Program-made: the position numbers and the translations under genes
Shown here: in pieces, positions 54,797 through 64,000 of the stretch
Numbering within the stretch: the stretch's first letter is position 1
How the letters are laid out: the number at the start of each line of letters is the position of its first letter
The notes under the pieces: generated by a model
Seen by the model: only the letters and a program-made list of their open reading frames with translations
The model's database searches: none
What the model was told of the DNA's origin: nothing
Assembly: GCA_963766075.1 (NCBI GenBank)
Contig: CAVYAN010000105.1
Span: 42,764-106,763 of the forward strand
DNA from: an uncultured cyanobacterium
GTDB lineage: Bacteria; Cyanobacteriota; Cyanobacteriia; Leptolyngbyales; Leptolyngbyaceae
DNA length: 64,000 nucleotides
Direction of reading: 5' to 3'

Positions 54797-57020
54797 ATGT
54801 CAAAGCAAATCGTAATCGCTGAGCAGCATCGGATTGCTGCCGTTTTTTCAGAAGACCAAATTCAAGAAGTGATTGTCGCCCAGGGCACCCACCAAGTTAG
54901 CGATATTTACCTGGGCATCGTTGAAAATATTCTTCCGGGAATTGATGCCGCCTTTGTCAACATTGGTGATAGCGATCGCAACGGCTTTATCCATGTTTCC
55001 GATTTGGGACCGCTGAAGCTCCACAAAACCTCCCGCTCCATTACAGAGCTACTGGTGCCGCAGCAGAAGGTGCTGGTGCAAGTGATGAAGGAGCCGACCG
55101 GCAATAAGGGCCCGCGGCTGACGGGTAACGTTTCTCTACCGGGCCGCTACCTAGTTTTGATGCCCAATGGGCGCGGCGTCAATCTATCACGGCGGATTCG
55201 TAGCGAAAACGAGCGCAATCGACTGCGGGCGCTGGCTATCCTGATTAAGCCTGCGGGCATGGGCTTGGTGATCCGCACCGAAGCCGAAGGCATGCCGGAA
55301 GAAGCAATCATTGAAGACTTGGAAACCCTGCATCAACAGTGGGAAAACGTCATGCAGGAGGCCACCACGACTCGGGCTCCGGCGCTGTTGAACCGCGACG
55401 ACGATTTCATTCAAAAGGTGCTACGGGACGTTTACAACGCCGATGTTAACCGGATTGTGGTGGATTCTCACACCGGGCTAAAACGGGTGAAGCAGCAGTT
55501 ATTAAGCTGGGGCGGTGGCAAAGCGCCTCAAGGCGTGTTGATTGATCACCACCGCGATCGCAGTTCCATCCTGGAATACTTCCGGATCAATGCAGCCATC
55601 AGGGAAGCCCTGAAAACCACGGGTAGACCTGCCCTCCGGCGGATATATCATCATTGAGCGGACAGAAGCTCTGACTGTAATTGATGTCAACTCCGGGTCA
55701 TTTACGCGATCGGCAACGGCCCGGGAAACCGTCCTCTGGACCAACTGCGAAGCTGCCACGGAAATTGCACGACAGTTGCGCCTGCGCAATATCGCGGGGG
55801 TGATCATCGTCGATTTTATCGACATGGATCTGCGGCGTGACCAATTGCAAGTGCTGGAGCACTTTAGCAAAGCCCTGAGCGCAGACAAGTCCCGGCCCCA
55901 AATTGCCCAACTCACCGAACTGGGCTTAATCGAACTGACCCGCAAGCGCCAAGGGAAAAACCTCTACGAACTGTTTGGTCAAGCCTGTCCGACCTGTGCT
56001 GGGTTAGGCTTGCTGGTCCGCTTGCCGGGTGAGGCTGTGGAAGCTGAAGGAGAAATGATTGAGCGTCCTAGCGGCATTGCCCTGCGAGAGCGCCAAGAAC
56101 GTCCCGAGCGGGCACCCCTAGAAACCCGAGGGTTCTGGGAAGATCGGAGCGAAGAGGGCGAAGAAAGTGAAGACGGTCCTGATTTTAACAGCCGTCCGCC
56201 CAGTCTACCTGATGCCAATCGTCGCCGTCGCCGTCGTCCCGGTGGGGATGAACCGACCCTGCGGATTCCGGGACTGTCTCCCGCCACGAAAGACTTCAAC
56301 ATTGACCCAGAACCCTTTGCATCCACCGATGATGCGGCGTTTGGTGGCCGCAGTGGTCGTCCCGAGCGGGGCGGGCGGGGACGGGGACGGCGCGGCGGTG
56401 GCCGCGAATTGCCTGCTTTGGGTGGTGTCCGAAGCGAGTTTAGCGCCCCACAGCCTGCTGTCACGGAAAATAGCACACTGCCAGAGCCAAGTTTTCCAAA
56501 ATCAACTGGGGTGGAAGTAGTCCCTGCTGCTGATGGATCGGCGGAAGATCGGCGGGGACGGGGACGGCGTGATCGCAAGCCTCCCTCGGAACCCCCGGAA
56601 CTGATTTCCGTCGAAATGACTCCCGATGAGCAGGATGTCTATGCTTGGATGGGCATTTCACCCTTGGTGTTGACGAATCAAGACGTGAAGAACCCCAAGT
56701 CGGCCTTGATTTCCGTGGTGCTGCCAGGACAGGCTCCCTTACTGGAGGCGATCGCAACATCAGCCGAGCCAACAGCCGTCGTCGAGCTCGTGGAGGAAGT
56801 TCCAACCCCAGATCTACCACCTCCTCCTGCCCCCATAAAGTTAACCCTCCCCCCGCCTACCCCCAAGGCAACACGGGTGATTGAATCGGCCCCAGTTACC
56901 TTGCCCCCCGCCATTGAGCCCGTCCTGAAAGACGAGCCGTTGCCAGAAGCCGAAGAAGCCGAAGAAGGTCCCGTACGACGACGGCGGCGGCGTTCATCTG
57001 CCCAGGCAGACGGAGCCTAA
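54797..57020 (+). CDS. rne: Ribonuclease E; frameshift at A-run 55613-55616
   Basis: S1 domain (PGIDAAFVNIG, KGPRLT), VIDVNSG, IIVDFIDM, CPTC, disordered tail ending RRRRRRSSA. Confidence 0.96.
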
Positions 57021-57042
57021 TGCAGCCGAGCAACCAACAACC

Positions 57043-57726
57043 ATGGGACGGCGCAAAAATATTCTGGCAGACCAGCCAGAGCTGACCAGATTCCAGGATT
57101 TATTGACCCCACCATCCCTGATTGCTGGGGTGGATGAAGTTGGCCGGGGTTGTTTATGGGGTCCAGTGGTTGCGGCTGCCGTCATCCTGCCAGAGGCCGC
57201 CCTAGAGGAATTGGCGGCGGCGGGCGTCACCGATAGCAAATTGATTGCTGCCGCCGATCGCCCCCGCTTGGCTCAGCACATCCGAGAACGGGCGATTGCC
57301 CACAGTATTGGGTATGCTTCGGTGCGGGAAATTGATCGGCTCAACATCCTGCAAGCCTCTCTCTTGGCCATGAAGCGGGCCATTCTTCGCCTTGCCGTAC
57401 CGCCCGATCTTTGTCTGATTGACGGCAATCAAAGCGTACCGGGATTGCCCTTTGCCCAGCAAACCCTCATCAAGGGCGATCAACGCTGTCTCGCCATCGC
57501 TGCCGCCAGTATCCTGGCTAAGGTCTGGCGCGATGAACTGGTTTGTCGCCTTGCCGTCAAATATCCAGCCTATGATTTAGCCAATAATAAGGGCTACGGG
57601 ACACCGGCCCATCGCAAAGCATTACAGGAATTGGGACCGATTGTGGGTCATCGGCGATCGTTTGCGCCCTGCCGACTCGCCCTCAATTCGGCAGTCCCGC
57701 CCAGTTCGCTAGACCTGAATGAGTAA
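57043..57726 (+). CDS. rnhB: Ribonuclease HII
   Basis: GVDEVGRG, DSK, IAAASILAKVWRD, NKGYGT, HRRSF. Confidence 0.96.
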   Translation: MGRRKNILADQPELTRFQDLLTPPSLIAGVDEVGRGCLWGPVVAAAVILPEAALEELAAAGVTDSKLIAAADRPRLAQHIRERAIAHSIGYASVREIDRLNILQASLLAMKRAILRLAVPPDLCLIDGNQSVPGLPFAQQTLIKGDQRCLAIAAASILAKVWRDELVCRLAVKYPAYDLANNKGYGTPAHRKALQELGPIVGHRRSFAPCRLALNSAVPPSSLDLNE

Positions 57727-57799
57727 AAATGAGAAAGGAGCAGCGCATAACGAGCGGATGCAGCTGGCCAATTGATTGTAATACACTCAAGAAATAGGC

Positions 57800-58405
57800 T
57801 CAAATATTGCCCGGTTCATAGATCGGATTGTGCGCGGGCAATCCTTGAGTCGGCATCGCCGTCAGACTATCAGCAGTTTGGGCTGCGGCCCAGTGGCGAT
57901 AGTCTGACAGTAAATGATGCATGAGTCGCTGCTTGACCGACAGTAGGACACTTTTCAGCAGACCGTTGCCCGTTGCTTCTAGGAGCGATCGCGGCGTAAA
58001 CAGCAGCGCTGGCGGCAGTTCTACCTGCACAGTCAAATCAGCCCGTCCTTTCAGCACCGTCGTTTGCGCGACCTTACAGGGTTGCAGCTTACCCATCAAG
58101 CTAAACTGAAAGCGCCGATTAATATATTCAACACCCCGAATCTCACAATGGACCGACTGAATATGCACCACCCCATCCGAGGTTGCCCATACCCGCATAT
58201 CTACGGTCGGCTGCAGGCTAAGCATCATAAACTTAAGAGGACGCATTTTCAGACGAAACACATCCTCCCGGATCTGCTCAATCTGGCTGGCCGTTGCCAA
58301 GGCATTCACCAAGCGCTGGGGCTGCCGCAAATAATGTTGAATGGGAATGGGCTGCTCAATCACGGTCATTTCTACCGCTTGAGCCGCATTAAATTGAATG
58401 TCCAT
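57800..58405 (-). CDS. DUF1997 domain protein
   Basis: IQHYLRQPQRLV, LEATGNGLLKSVL..KQRL. Confidence 0.8.
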   Translation of the reverse strand: MDIQFNAAQAVEMTVIEQPIPIQHYLRQPQRLVNALATASQIEQIREDVFRLKMRPLKFMMLSLQPTVDMRVWATSDGVVHIQSVHCEIRGVEYINRRFQFSLMGKLQPCKVAQTTVLKGRADLTVQVELPPALLFTPRSLLEATGNGLLKSVLLSVKQRLMHHLLSDYRHWAAAQTADSLTAMPTQGLPAHNPIYEPGNI

Positions 58406-58592
58406 CAGGGCACCATAGACCGACGAGTAAGCTGAGAAAATAAATTGAGAAACTTGTAACTATTTCCACTTCTATTTTAAGAAACTTTACGAAAAGTGGG
58501 TGAAATTACGTCCGTAGAATCACTATACTGCTGCCGGTTGTGCCCTCAAATCCAGGAGCTCCCGTTCTTTACAAGACGTTGCATGAAGAATT

Positions 58593-59447
58593 ATGAGAAA
58601 TTCCCTACCCACGACGATCGCCCATCTGGGCCCCGCTGGCACCAACACAGAAATTGCCGCCCTGGCCTTTGCCAAATGGCTCCCCTTAGACAAAGCGGAC
58701 CTCCGCCCCTATCCAACCATTCCTAAGACGGTGCAGGCGATCGCCGAAAATGCCGTCAATTTTGCGATCGCCCCAGTAGAAAATTCTCTAGAAGGCAGTG
58801 TCACCACCACCCTAGATGCGCTGTGGCAGTTCGATACCGTGCGGATTCATGGCGAATTCATCCTGCCGATTTACCATGCCCTGCTGTCGAGGGCAGCCCA
58901 ATTAACGGACATCAAAACCGTCTATTCCCATCCCCAAGCGCTAGCCCAATGCCAGGTATGGTTAGCCACCCACCTGCCTTGGGCCCAACTGGTGCCGACA
59001 AACTCATCCACGGAAGCCATCCCCCGCCTAGACGATCGCTCCATCGCCGCCATCACCCCAGAACGGGCCTCCCATCTGTATCACGTACCCATCCTGGTTA
59101 GCCCAATTAATGATGCCCCCGACAACTGCACCCGGTTTTGGGTCTTGAAATTAGACGCCGAACCCGGCGGCGATCGCACCACCCTAGCCTTCAGCGTGCA
59201 CGATGCCCCCGGAGCCTTACTGAAGCCGCTACAAATTTTTGCCCAGCATAACGTTAACCTGAGCCGGATTGAGTCCCGCCCGACCAAGCGATCGCTGGGA
59301 GAATATATTTTCTTCGTCGATTTGGAAGCCAATACCCACGAAGCCAATGTGCAAGCGGCCTTGGAAGCACTCACAACCACCGTCGCCGCCCTTAAAGTCT
59401 TTGGCAGCTACTCCACCTTCCCCATTCAGACGCTACCCAGTTCCTAG
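58593..59447 (+). CDS. pheA: Prephenate dehydratase
   Basis: HLGPAGT, PVENSLEGSV, SHPQALAQC, NCTRF, ESRP ACT domain. Confidence 0.96.
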   Translation: MRNSLPTTIAHLGPAGTNTEIAALAFAKWLPLDKADLRPYPTIPKTVQAIAENAVNFAIAPVENSLEGSVTTTLDALWQFDTVRIHGEFILPIYHALLSRAAQLTDIKTVYSHPQALAQCQVWLATHLPWAQLVPTNSSTEAIPRLDDRSIAAITPERASHLYHVPILVSPINDAPDNCTRFWVLKLDAEPGGDRTTLAFSVHDAPGALLKPLQIFAQHNVNLSRIESRPTKRSLGEYIFFVDLEANTHEANVQAALEALTTTVAALKVFGSYSTFPIQTLPSS

Positions 59448-59530
59448 AGTCCCCAGCTTCTAGAGTCCTCAATTCCTAGAGTACAAAGGCACTCGTAACC
59501 AAGCAAAGGCCCTTCGGATAGTGGCCTCAT

Positions 59531-61459
59531 CTAGGCCACATTTTCCACGGGTAGCTTTTCCATGAACAATTGATAGCCTCGATGGAGAATTTTCACCTGT
59601 TTTCCATAAATCGATAAAAACGCATCAATGGCCGCCCCCGGTGGTTTAACATTCTGCGCCTCGGGCAAGGTTCCCTCGGACACCTTCCAGCCATAGTGAT
59701 CAACACCCAAAATCCCCCCAACCTTCACCAACGCCCAGGCCAGCACCATATCTTCGAGAACATCGGTCGCCCGCCGCGATCGCTCATCAATATAGACCAC
59801 ATCATAAGCATCCAAAGGCAATGGTCGCAGCAATTCACGCGCATTCCCGACCAACTTTTTCACCTTCGTAGAAGACCCAGTGCGGGCAATGTTGAAATCA
59901 AACCGTTGCTCCACGGTGTTAAAAGCTGGGTTAGAGGCCGGGTTAAGGGTCCGTGGACTATCCGCAGGACTGCCCTCGCCCAATGAACTCCCTGCGGCAG
60001 CAAACGTATCAATACAGGTCAACTGGGCTGATTCGTGCGTCAAAATATTATCCACCAGCCAACAGGCCACCCGCCCTTCACCGCCACCAACATCCAGCAC
60101 CTGCAATCCCGGCATCTCCACAAAGGGAGCCAAAACTTGCTGCCATACAGCCAGATGCGCACTCAAGGAGTCCTGTGTAAATTGATAACCACGCTGGATC
60201 AGTTGGACCCGATAGGTTAAATCCGGCACCACCGCGAGCGCCTGGGGAAACTGCGGGTCCAACACCAAGGCTTTCTGCAAGTAGGCCAACGCCTGATCAA
60301 ACGCGCCCTGATCCTTCAACACCAGCGCCAAATTAAAGTGAACCTTGGCCGAATCAGCCGCCGCAAAGGCCGGATTGAGTTTCAGCGATCGCTGAAAATA
60401 TTCCGCTGCCAAAGGCAAATTTCGCTGCTGATGGCACGCGGAGCCCACATTGTTATAGGCGATCGCCAAGAAGTTTTTGACCATTGGCAACGCCTGCGGC
60501 TCCTGTTTTAATCCGGCCTCGCACAGGTTGATCGCCTCGACAAAATTCTGCTGATTAAAATATTCGTTGGCCAACTGCTGCCAATTCAACAGAGCAAAAA
60601 ATTCCGATGATTTTTCAAATTGGGGAAATTTGCCCAGCAGATAGGCAAGCTTTTCCTGCTCTAACTTTTGGCGCACCCCATGCATTTGCTGCGTCTCCGC
60701 AGACATTTCTTCTTGATAATCTTCCGGTGCCGTTTGAAATTTCTTCAATTGGCGATCCATATTATTACCAGGATACCGAATATATTCCACCGTTTCAATA
60801 TCAACCCTGTGGAGGCGAAAGAATCGATAAAGCCAGTAGTCATAACCAATATCTTCGCAGCCTACTTTTTTATAAACAGGTGCTTCGGGAAACCCCTCAA
60901 TAAATTCATGGCATTCCCGCCGCACACACAAATTAAGGGCAATGGTATTTTCAATGGCGGCTTTCCAATGGGGATGCAGCGTATCCTGCATGTATACGCC
61001 AGTCCGGACCACCCCCACAGGATGATGGGGCAAATTGAAGGTATAGGTACCCCGGTCACTCTCCACAGACATCGCCACAGCAGCCCCCGTGGGTTGATGA
61101 TTCAGCACGCGATAATTCAGATAGATATGCTCTTTATAGAACAGATCATCCCCGTCACAAAAAAAGAGAATATCGCCCTTAGAAACCTTAGCCCCCGTGT
61201 TTCTGGCCGGACCAATTCCCAAACTTTTGTGGTGATTAATGATTTTGTAATGGGGCTTACTCTGGGCAAATTCGGTGACTACAGCCAAGGTGCGATCGCT
61301 GGACCCTTCATTCACCACCAGCACTTCCGCCTCGACCGGATCCACACCATCATAGTGTTCATAGAAAAAGGCAATACTGTCCTCAATACTCTGCAATGTG
61401 CGAACAATCAGAGTTTCCAAATTCAGCACCGGCACAATCACAGAAAAAGCGCGAATCAT
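59531..61459 (-). CDS. GT2 glycosyltransferase - TPR - class I methyltransferase fusion
   Basis: FSVIVPV..ARNTG..CDGDD; central TPRs; C-terminal VLDVGGGEG..YDVVYID. Confidence 0.8.
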   Translation of the reverse strand: MIRAFSVIVPVLNLETLIVRTLQSIEDSIAFFYEHYDGVDPVEAEVLVVNEGSSDRTLAVVTEFAQSKPHYKIINHHKSLGIGPARNTGAKVSKGDILFFCDGDDLFYKEHIYLNYRVLNHQPTGAAVAMSVESDRGTYTFNLPHHPVGVVRTGVYMQDTLHPHWKAAIENTIALNLCVRRECHEFIEGFPEAPVYKKVGCEDIGYDYWLYRFFRLHRVDIETVEYIRYPGNNMDRQLKKFQTAPEDYQEEMSAETQQMHGVRQKLEQEKLAYLLGKFPQFEKSSEFFALLNWQQLANEYFNQQNFVEAINLCEAGLKQEPQALPMVKNFLAIAYNNVGSACHQQRNLPLAAEYFQRSLKLNPAFAAADSAKVHFNLALVLKDQGAFDQALAYLQKALVLDPQFPQALAVVPDLTYRVQLIQRGYQFTQDSLSAHLAVWQQVLAPFVEMPGLQVLDVGGGEGRVACWLVDNILTHESAQLTCIDTFAAAGSSLGEGSPADSPRTLNPASNPAFNTVEQRFDFNIARTGSSTKVKKLVGNARELLRPLPLDAYDVVYIDERSRRATDVLEDMVLAWALVKVGGILGVDHYGWKVSEGTLPEAQNVKPPGAAIDAFLSIYGKQVKILHRGYQLFMEKLPVENVA

Positions 61460-61631
61460 GGCATGTCCTTGAAGGCGGAGAGCAATTAACCGCTGATCAT
61501 CCTACTGCACTTTCCTATAAAAAGGGCCTATAAAACGGGCCCATAAACAGGGAACCAAAATGGAGCATCCGGTCAACCCGAGGCATAATCCTCAAAGGAG
61601 CTCAGGGGCAAGCATTTTTAATTTTATATTT

Positions 61632-62951
61632 CTAACTTTTAATTCCGCATAGCGGCCCCACCTCGGGATAGATTTGCAAGACCCGCACCCTGTCGCCTGC
61701 ACGCACCTGAGTCTGTCCCATCGGTATCACGGCCAAACCATTCGTCCCGGCCAAATTAATCAAGTTCCCAGAACTGTGGCTCCCGCCCGCCAGCGCAAAC
61801 TGAGCATCAGCGGCCAATTCCGCAGAGGCATGCAACTGTCCCCAGAGATAGGATTCTCGCCGCCCATCTGATCGCAGGTCCTGCAACGTCACAGCATTGA
61901 TAAAGTGGGGCCGACAATGCCCAGACCATCCGCCCAATTTCCGCAATGCAGGCTGCACGAAACGCCAAAAAGTCACCAGGGCCGAAACCGGGTTGCCCGG
62001 AAGCCCGAAGTAGAGAGTCGGAGAAGCCGCGAAGCTGGATAGACTGGGGGACAGGTTTGGATCCTGGTTTGGCGGAAAGGTGGCAACAGTCAAGGGCTTG
62101 CCCGGTTTGATCGCAACGGCCCGAATGTGGATTTCTGCGCCGAGGGTTGCCAAGATCTCATCCACATAGTCGTAGTCCCCAACAGAAACCCCCCCTGAAG
62201 AAATAATCACATCAGCAGTAGCCACGGCTTGGGCGATCGCCGTGCGCAACGCCACCGGATCATCCGGAACAATACCCATCATCACGGGTTCGGCACCGGC
62301 TTGGGCGATCGCCACGGCCAGAGCATACTGATTAGAATCCACAATCTGTCCCGGATGTAGCGGCTGGTCAATCCGCACCAGTTCGCTGCCCGTAGACAAA
62401 ATTGCCACCCGGGGTCTGCGATAGACCCTCACCTGAACGCATTGGGCCGCGGCAAGCACCGCAATTTCCGGAGCCTGAAGCCGCAACCCCGGCGATAGAA
62501 GCGGTTGCCCTGCTTGATAAAAAGTGGCGCGGTGGCGGACAAACGCTTGGGGCTTAGGCGCAGACCATAGGGTCACGCGATCGCCTTCGCGCCGTGTTTC
62601 CTCCTGAATCACAATCGTATCGGCCCCAGCGGGCATAACCGATCCCGTCAAAATCCGCGCCGCCTGCCCGGACTGCACCGTTTTTTGGGGATGATAGCCC
62701 GCCGGAATTTCCTCAATAATTTCTAGGCTCACGGGCTGCTCCAGGGAGCAGGACTGGACATCTGCGTAGCGCACCGCATAGCCATCCATGGCAGAATTGT
62801 CCCAATGGGGAAAATCTAGCGCGCTGGTCACCGGGGCCGCTAAAATCCGCCCCGATGCCGCCAGTAACGTCACCACCTCAGCCCCTAGTCCAGAATCGAA
62901 GGGCTGCACCAGATTCAGAATGATCCCCTCTGCTTGTTCTACCAAAATCAT
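61632..62951 (-). CDS. moeA: Molybdopterin molybdotransferase MoeA
   Basis: SAMDGYA, STGSEL, SSGGVSVGDYD, KPGKP, GLPGNPVS. Confidence 0.96.
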   Translation of the reverse strand: MILVEQAEGIILNLVQPFDSGLGAEVVTLLAASGRILAAPVTSALDFPHWDNSAMDGYAVRYADVQSCSLEQPVSLEIIEEIPAGYHPQKTVQSGQAARILTGSVMPAGADTIVIQEETRREGDRVTLWSAPKPQAFVRHRATFYQAGQPLLSPGLRLQAPEIAVLAAAQCVQVRVYRRPRVAILSTGSELVRIDQPLHPGQIVDSNQYALAVAIAQAGAEPVMMGIVPDDPVALRTAIAQAVATADVIISSGGVSVGDYDYVDEILATLGAEIHIRAVAIKPGKPLTVATFPPNQDPNLSPSLSSFAASPTLYFGLPGNPVSALVTFWRFVQPALRKLGGWSGHCRPHFINAVTLQDLRSDGRRESYLWGQLHASAELAADAQFALAGGSHSSGNLINLAGTNGLAVIPMGQTQVRAGDRVRVLQIYPEVGPLCGIKS

Positions 62952-63190
62952 GGGCTGAAAATCTCCACAGCACCCCTCATCTGAAAATCTCTACAGCACC
63001 CCTCATCTTAGGAGATTGCTCCTAACTCCGCGCCACATCAGTCCCAATAACTTTAAGCTCCCAGGTTTTTAGGCCCAGGATTTTTTAGGCTCAGGGATTT
63101 GAATGGACTACAGTTGAACTAAGCGTCCTGCCCGACGGGCAAAATCACTCAACGGGTTCGGACTGCTCTTCCTCCCTTTCTCCATCCACC

Positions 63191-63724
63191 ATGTCTGGAC
63201 AGCTAGCTCTACCCTCCCGGCGGCGGATTCCCAAGGCACCCTTTGATCGACGGGTTGCCGCCTTTGCGCTGGACTTTGGCAGCATTGCCCTACTCAGTTC
63301 TTTTAGCGGCAGCATGCTCTACATTCCCATCTTTTTTATCCTGTGGTTGGGAATGCGGGTGATTGCTACCGGCAATAATAAGGGACAAAGCCTGGGGCGC
63401 TGGGCCTTTGATATTCGCATTGCGGAACTCCGGACTGGCTCTACACCGGGACTCCTGGAATTAGCAAAGCGTGAAGCCATGACGGGCTTTGGGGCCGCCC
63501 TGATTATGATCAGCCTCGCTAGCCTAAGTCCCACCAACGGCTGGATTTTGATTTTGCCCCTGCCTTTGCTAGCGGACTGTGGGATTGCCTTCGTCGATCC
63601 AGAGTTTCGCCAAGCATTTCATGACCAAATCGCCCGCACAGTTGTGGTTGAGAGTCGGCGGGGCTATTCTTTGGATATCAAAGTTAAAAAATTAATTGCC
63701 GAGGCACAGCGTCGTGTGAAATAA
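63191..63724 (+). CDS. RDD family membrane protein
   Basis: RRVAAFALDF, GQSLGRW, RQAFHDQIART. Confidence 0.85.
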   Translation: MSGQLALPSRRRIPKAPFDRRVAAFALDFGSIALLSSFSGSMLYIPIFFILWLGMRVIATGNNKGQSLGRWAFDIRIAELRTGSTPGLLELAKREAMTGFGAALIMISLASLSPTNGWILILPLPLLADCGIAFVDPEFRQAFHDQIARTVVVESRRGYSLDIKVKKLIAEAQRRVK

Positions 63725-63784
63725 TTGATCTCCGCGTCTCAATGCTGTTTAGTCGCTGGCGAGTGAGCCACTGGAAATTAAGTT

Positions 63785-63979
63785 ATGGCTAAAAATAAGG
63801 GCGTTCGCCTAGTAATCACCCTGGAATGTACCGAGTGTCGCACCAATCCGGATAAGCGATCGCCCGGTGTATCCCGTTACACGACCATGAAGAACCGTCG
63901 GAATACGACCAGCCGCTTGGAACTGAAAAAGTTCTGCACCCACTGCAACAAGCACACGACCCACAAAGAAATTAAATAG
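63785..63979 (+). CDS. rpmG: 50S ribosomal protein L33
   Basis: ITLECTEC...[22 protein letters not shown]. Confidence 0.98.
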   Translation: MAKNKGVRLVITLECTECRTNPDKRSPGVSRYTTMKNRRNTTSRLELKKFCTHCNKHTTHKEIK

Positions 63980-64000
63980 TCGCGATAAGTTATAGTCGCC

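Larger units (their letters stand above)
1..64000. repeat. HIP1 octamer GCGATCGC dispersed throughout
   Basis: Very frequent in coding and non-coding DNA (e.g. 525, 1540, 2451, 3101). Confidence 0.95.

Overview
Cyanobacterial chromosome segment, judged from dense HIP1 GCGATCGC octamers, ferredoxin-type GOGAT, sucrose-phosphate phosphatase, pentapeptide proteins and the rne-rnhB pair. Most of it is housekeeping: uvrA, pheT, ruvA, spp, mutY, mtnA, recN, glsF, rpsL-rpsG-fusA-tuf-rpsJ, rne, rnhB, pheA, moeA, rpmG. Six conserved genes are split by seven single-base indels, most likely assembly errors. The one accessory island (about 20.2-25.7 kb) holds several gene remnants (a PIN toxin C-terminus, a truncated TPR protein with nine 120-bp repeats, a Uma2 fragment), an intact VapBC-like pair and REP-like palindromes. 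The most unusual element is in that island: an intact 164-aa hypothetical gene, then a strong terminator, then a C-rich, apparently non-coding degenerate array with a 21/22/21-nt sub-period and a 64-nt super-period (about 10.7 bp per helical turn). I found no CRISPR array, rRNA, tRNA or intact transposase. All family assignments come from recognising motifs by eye; no database searches were run.
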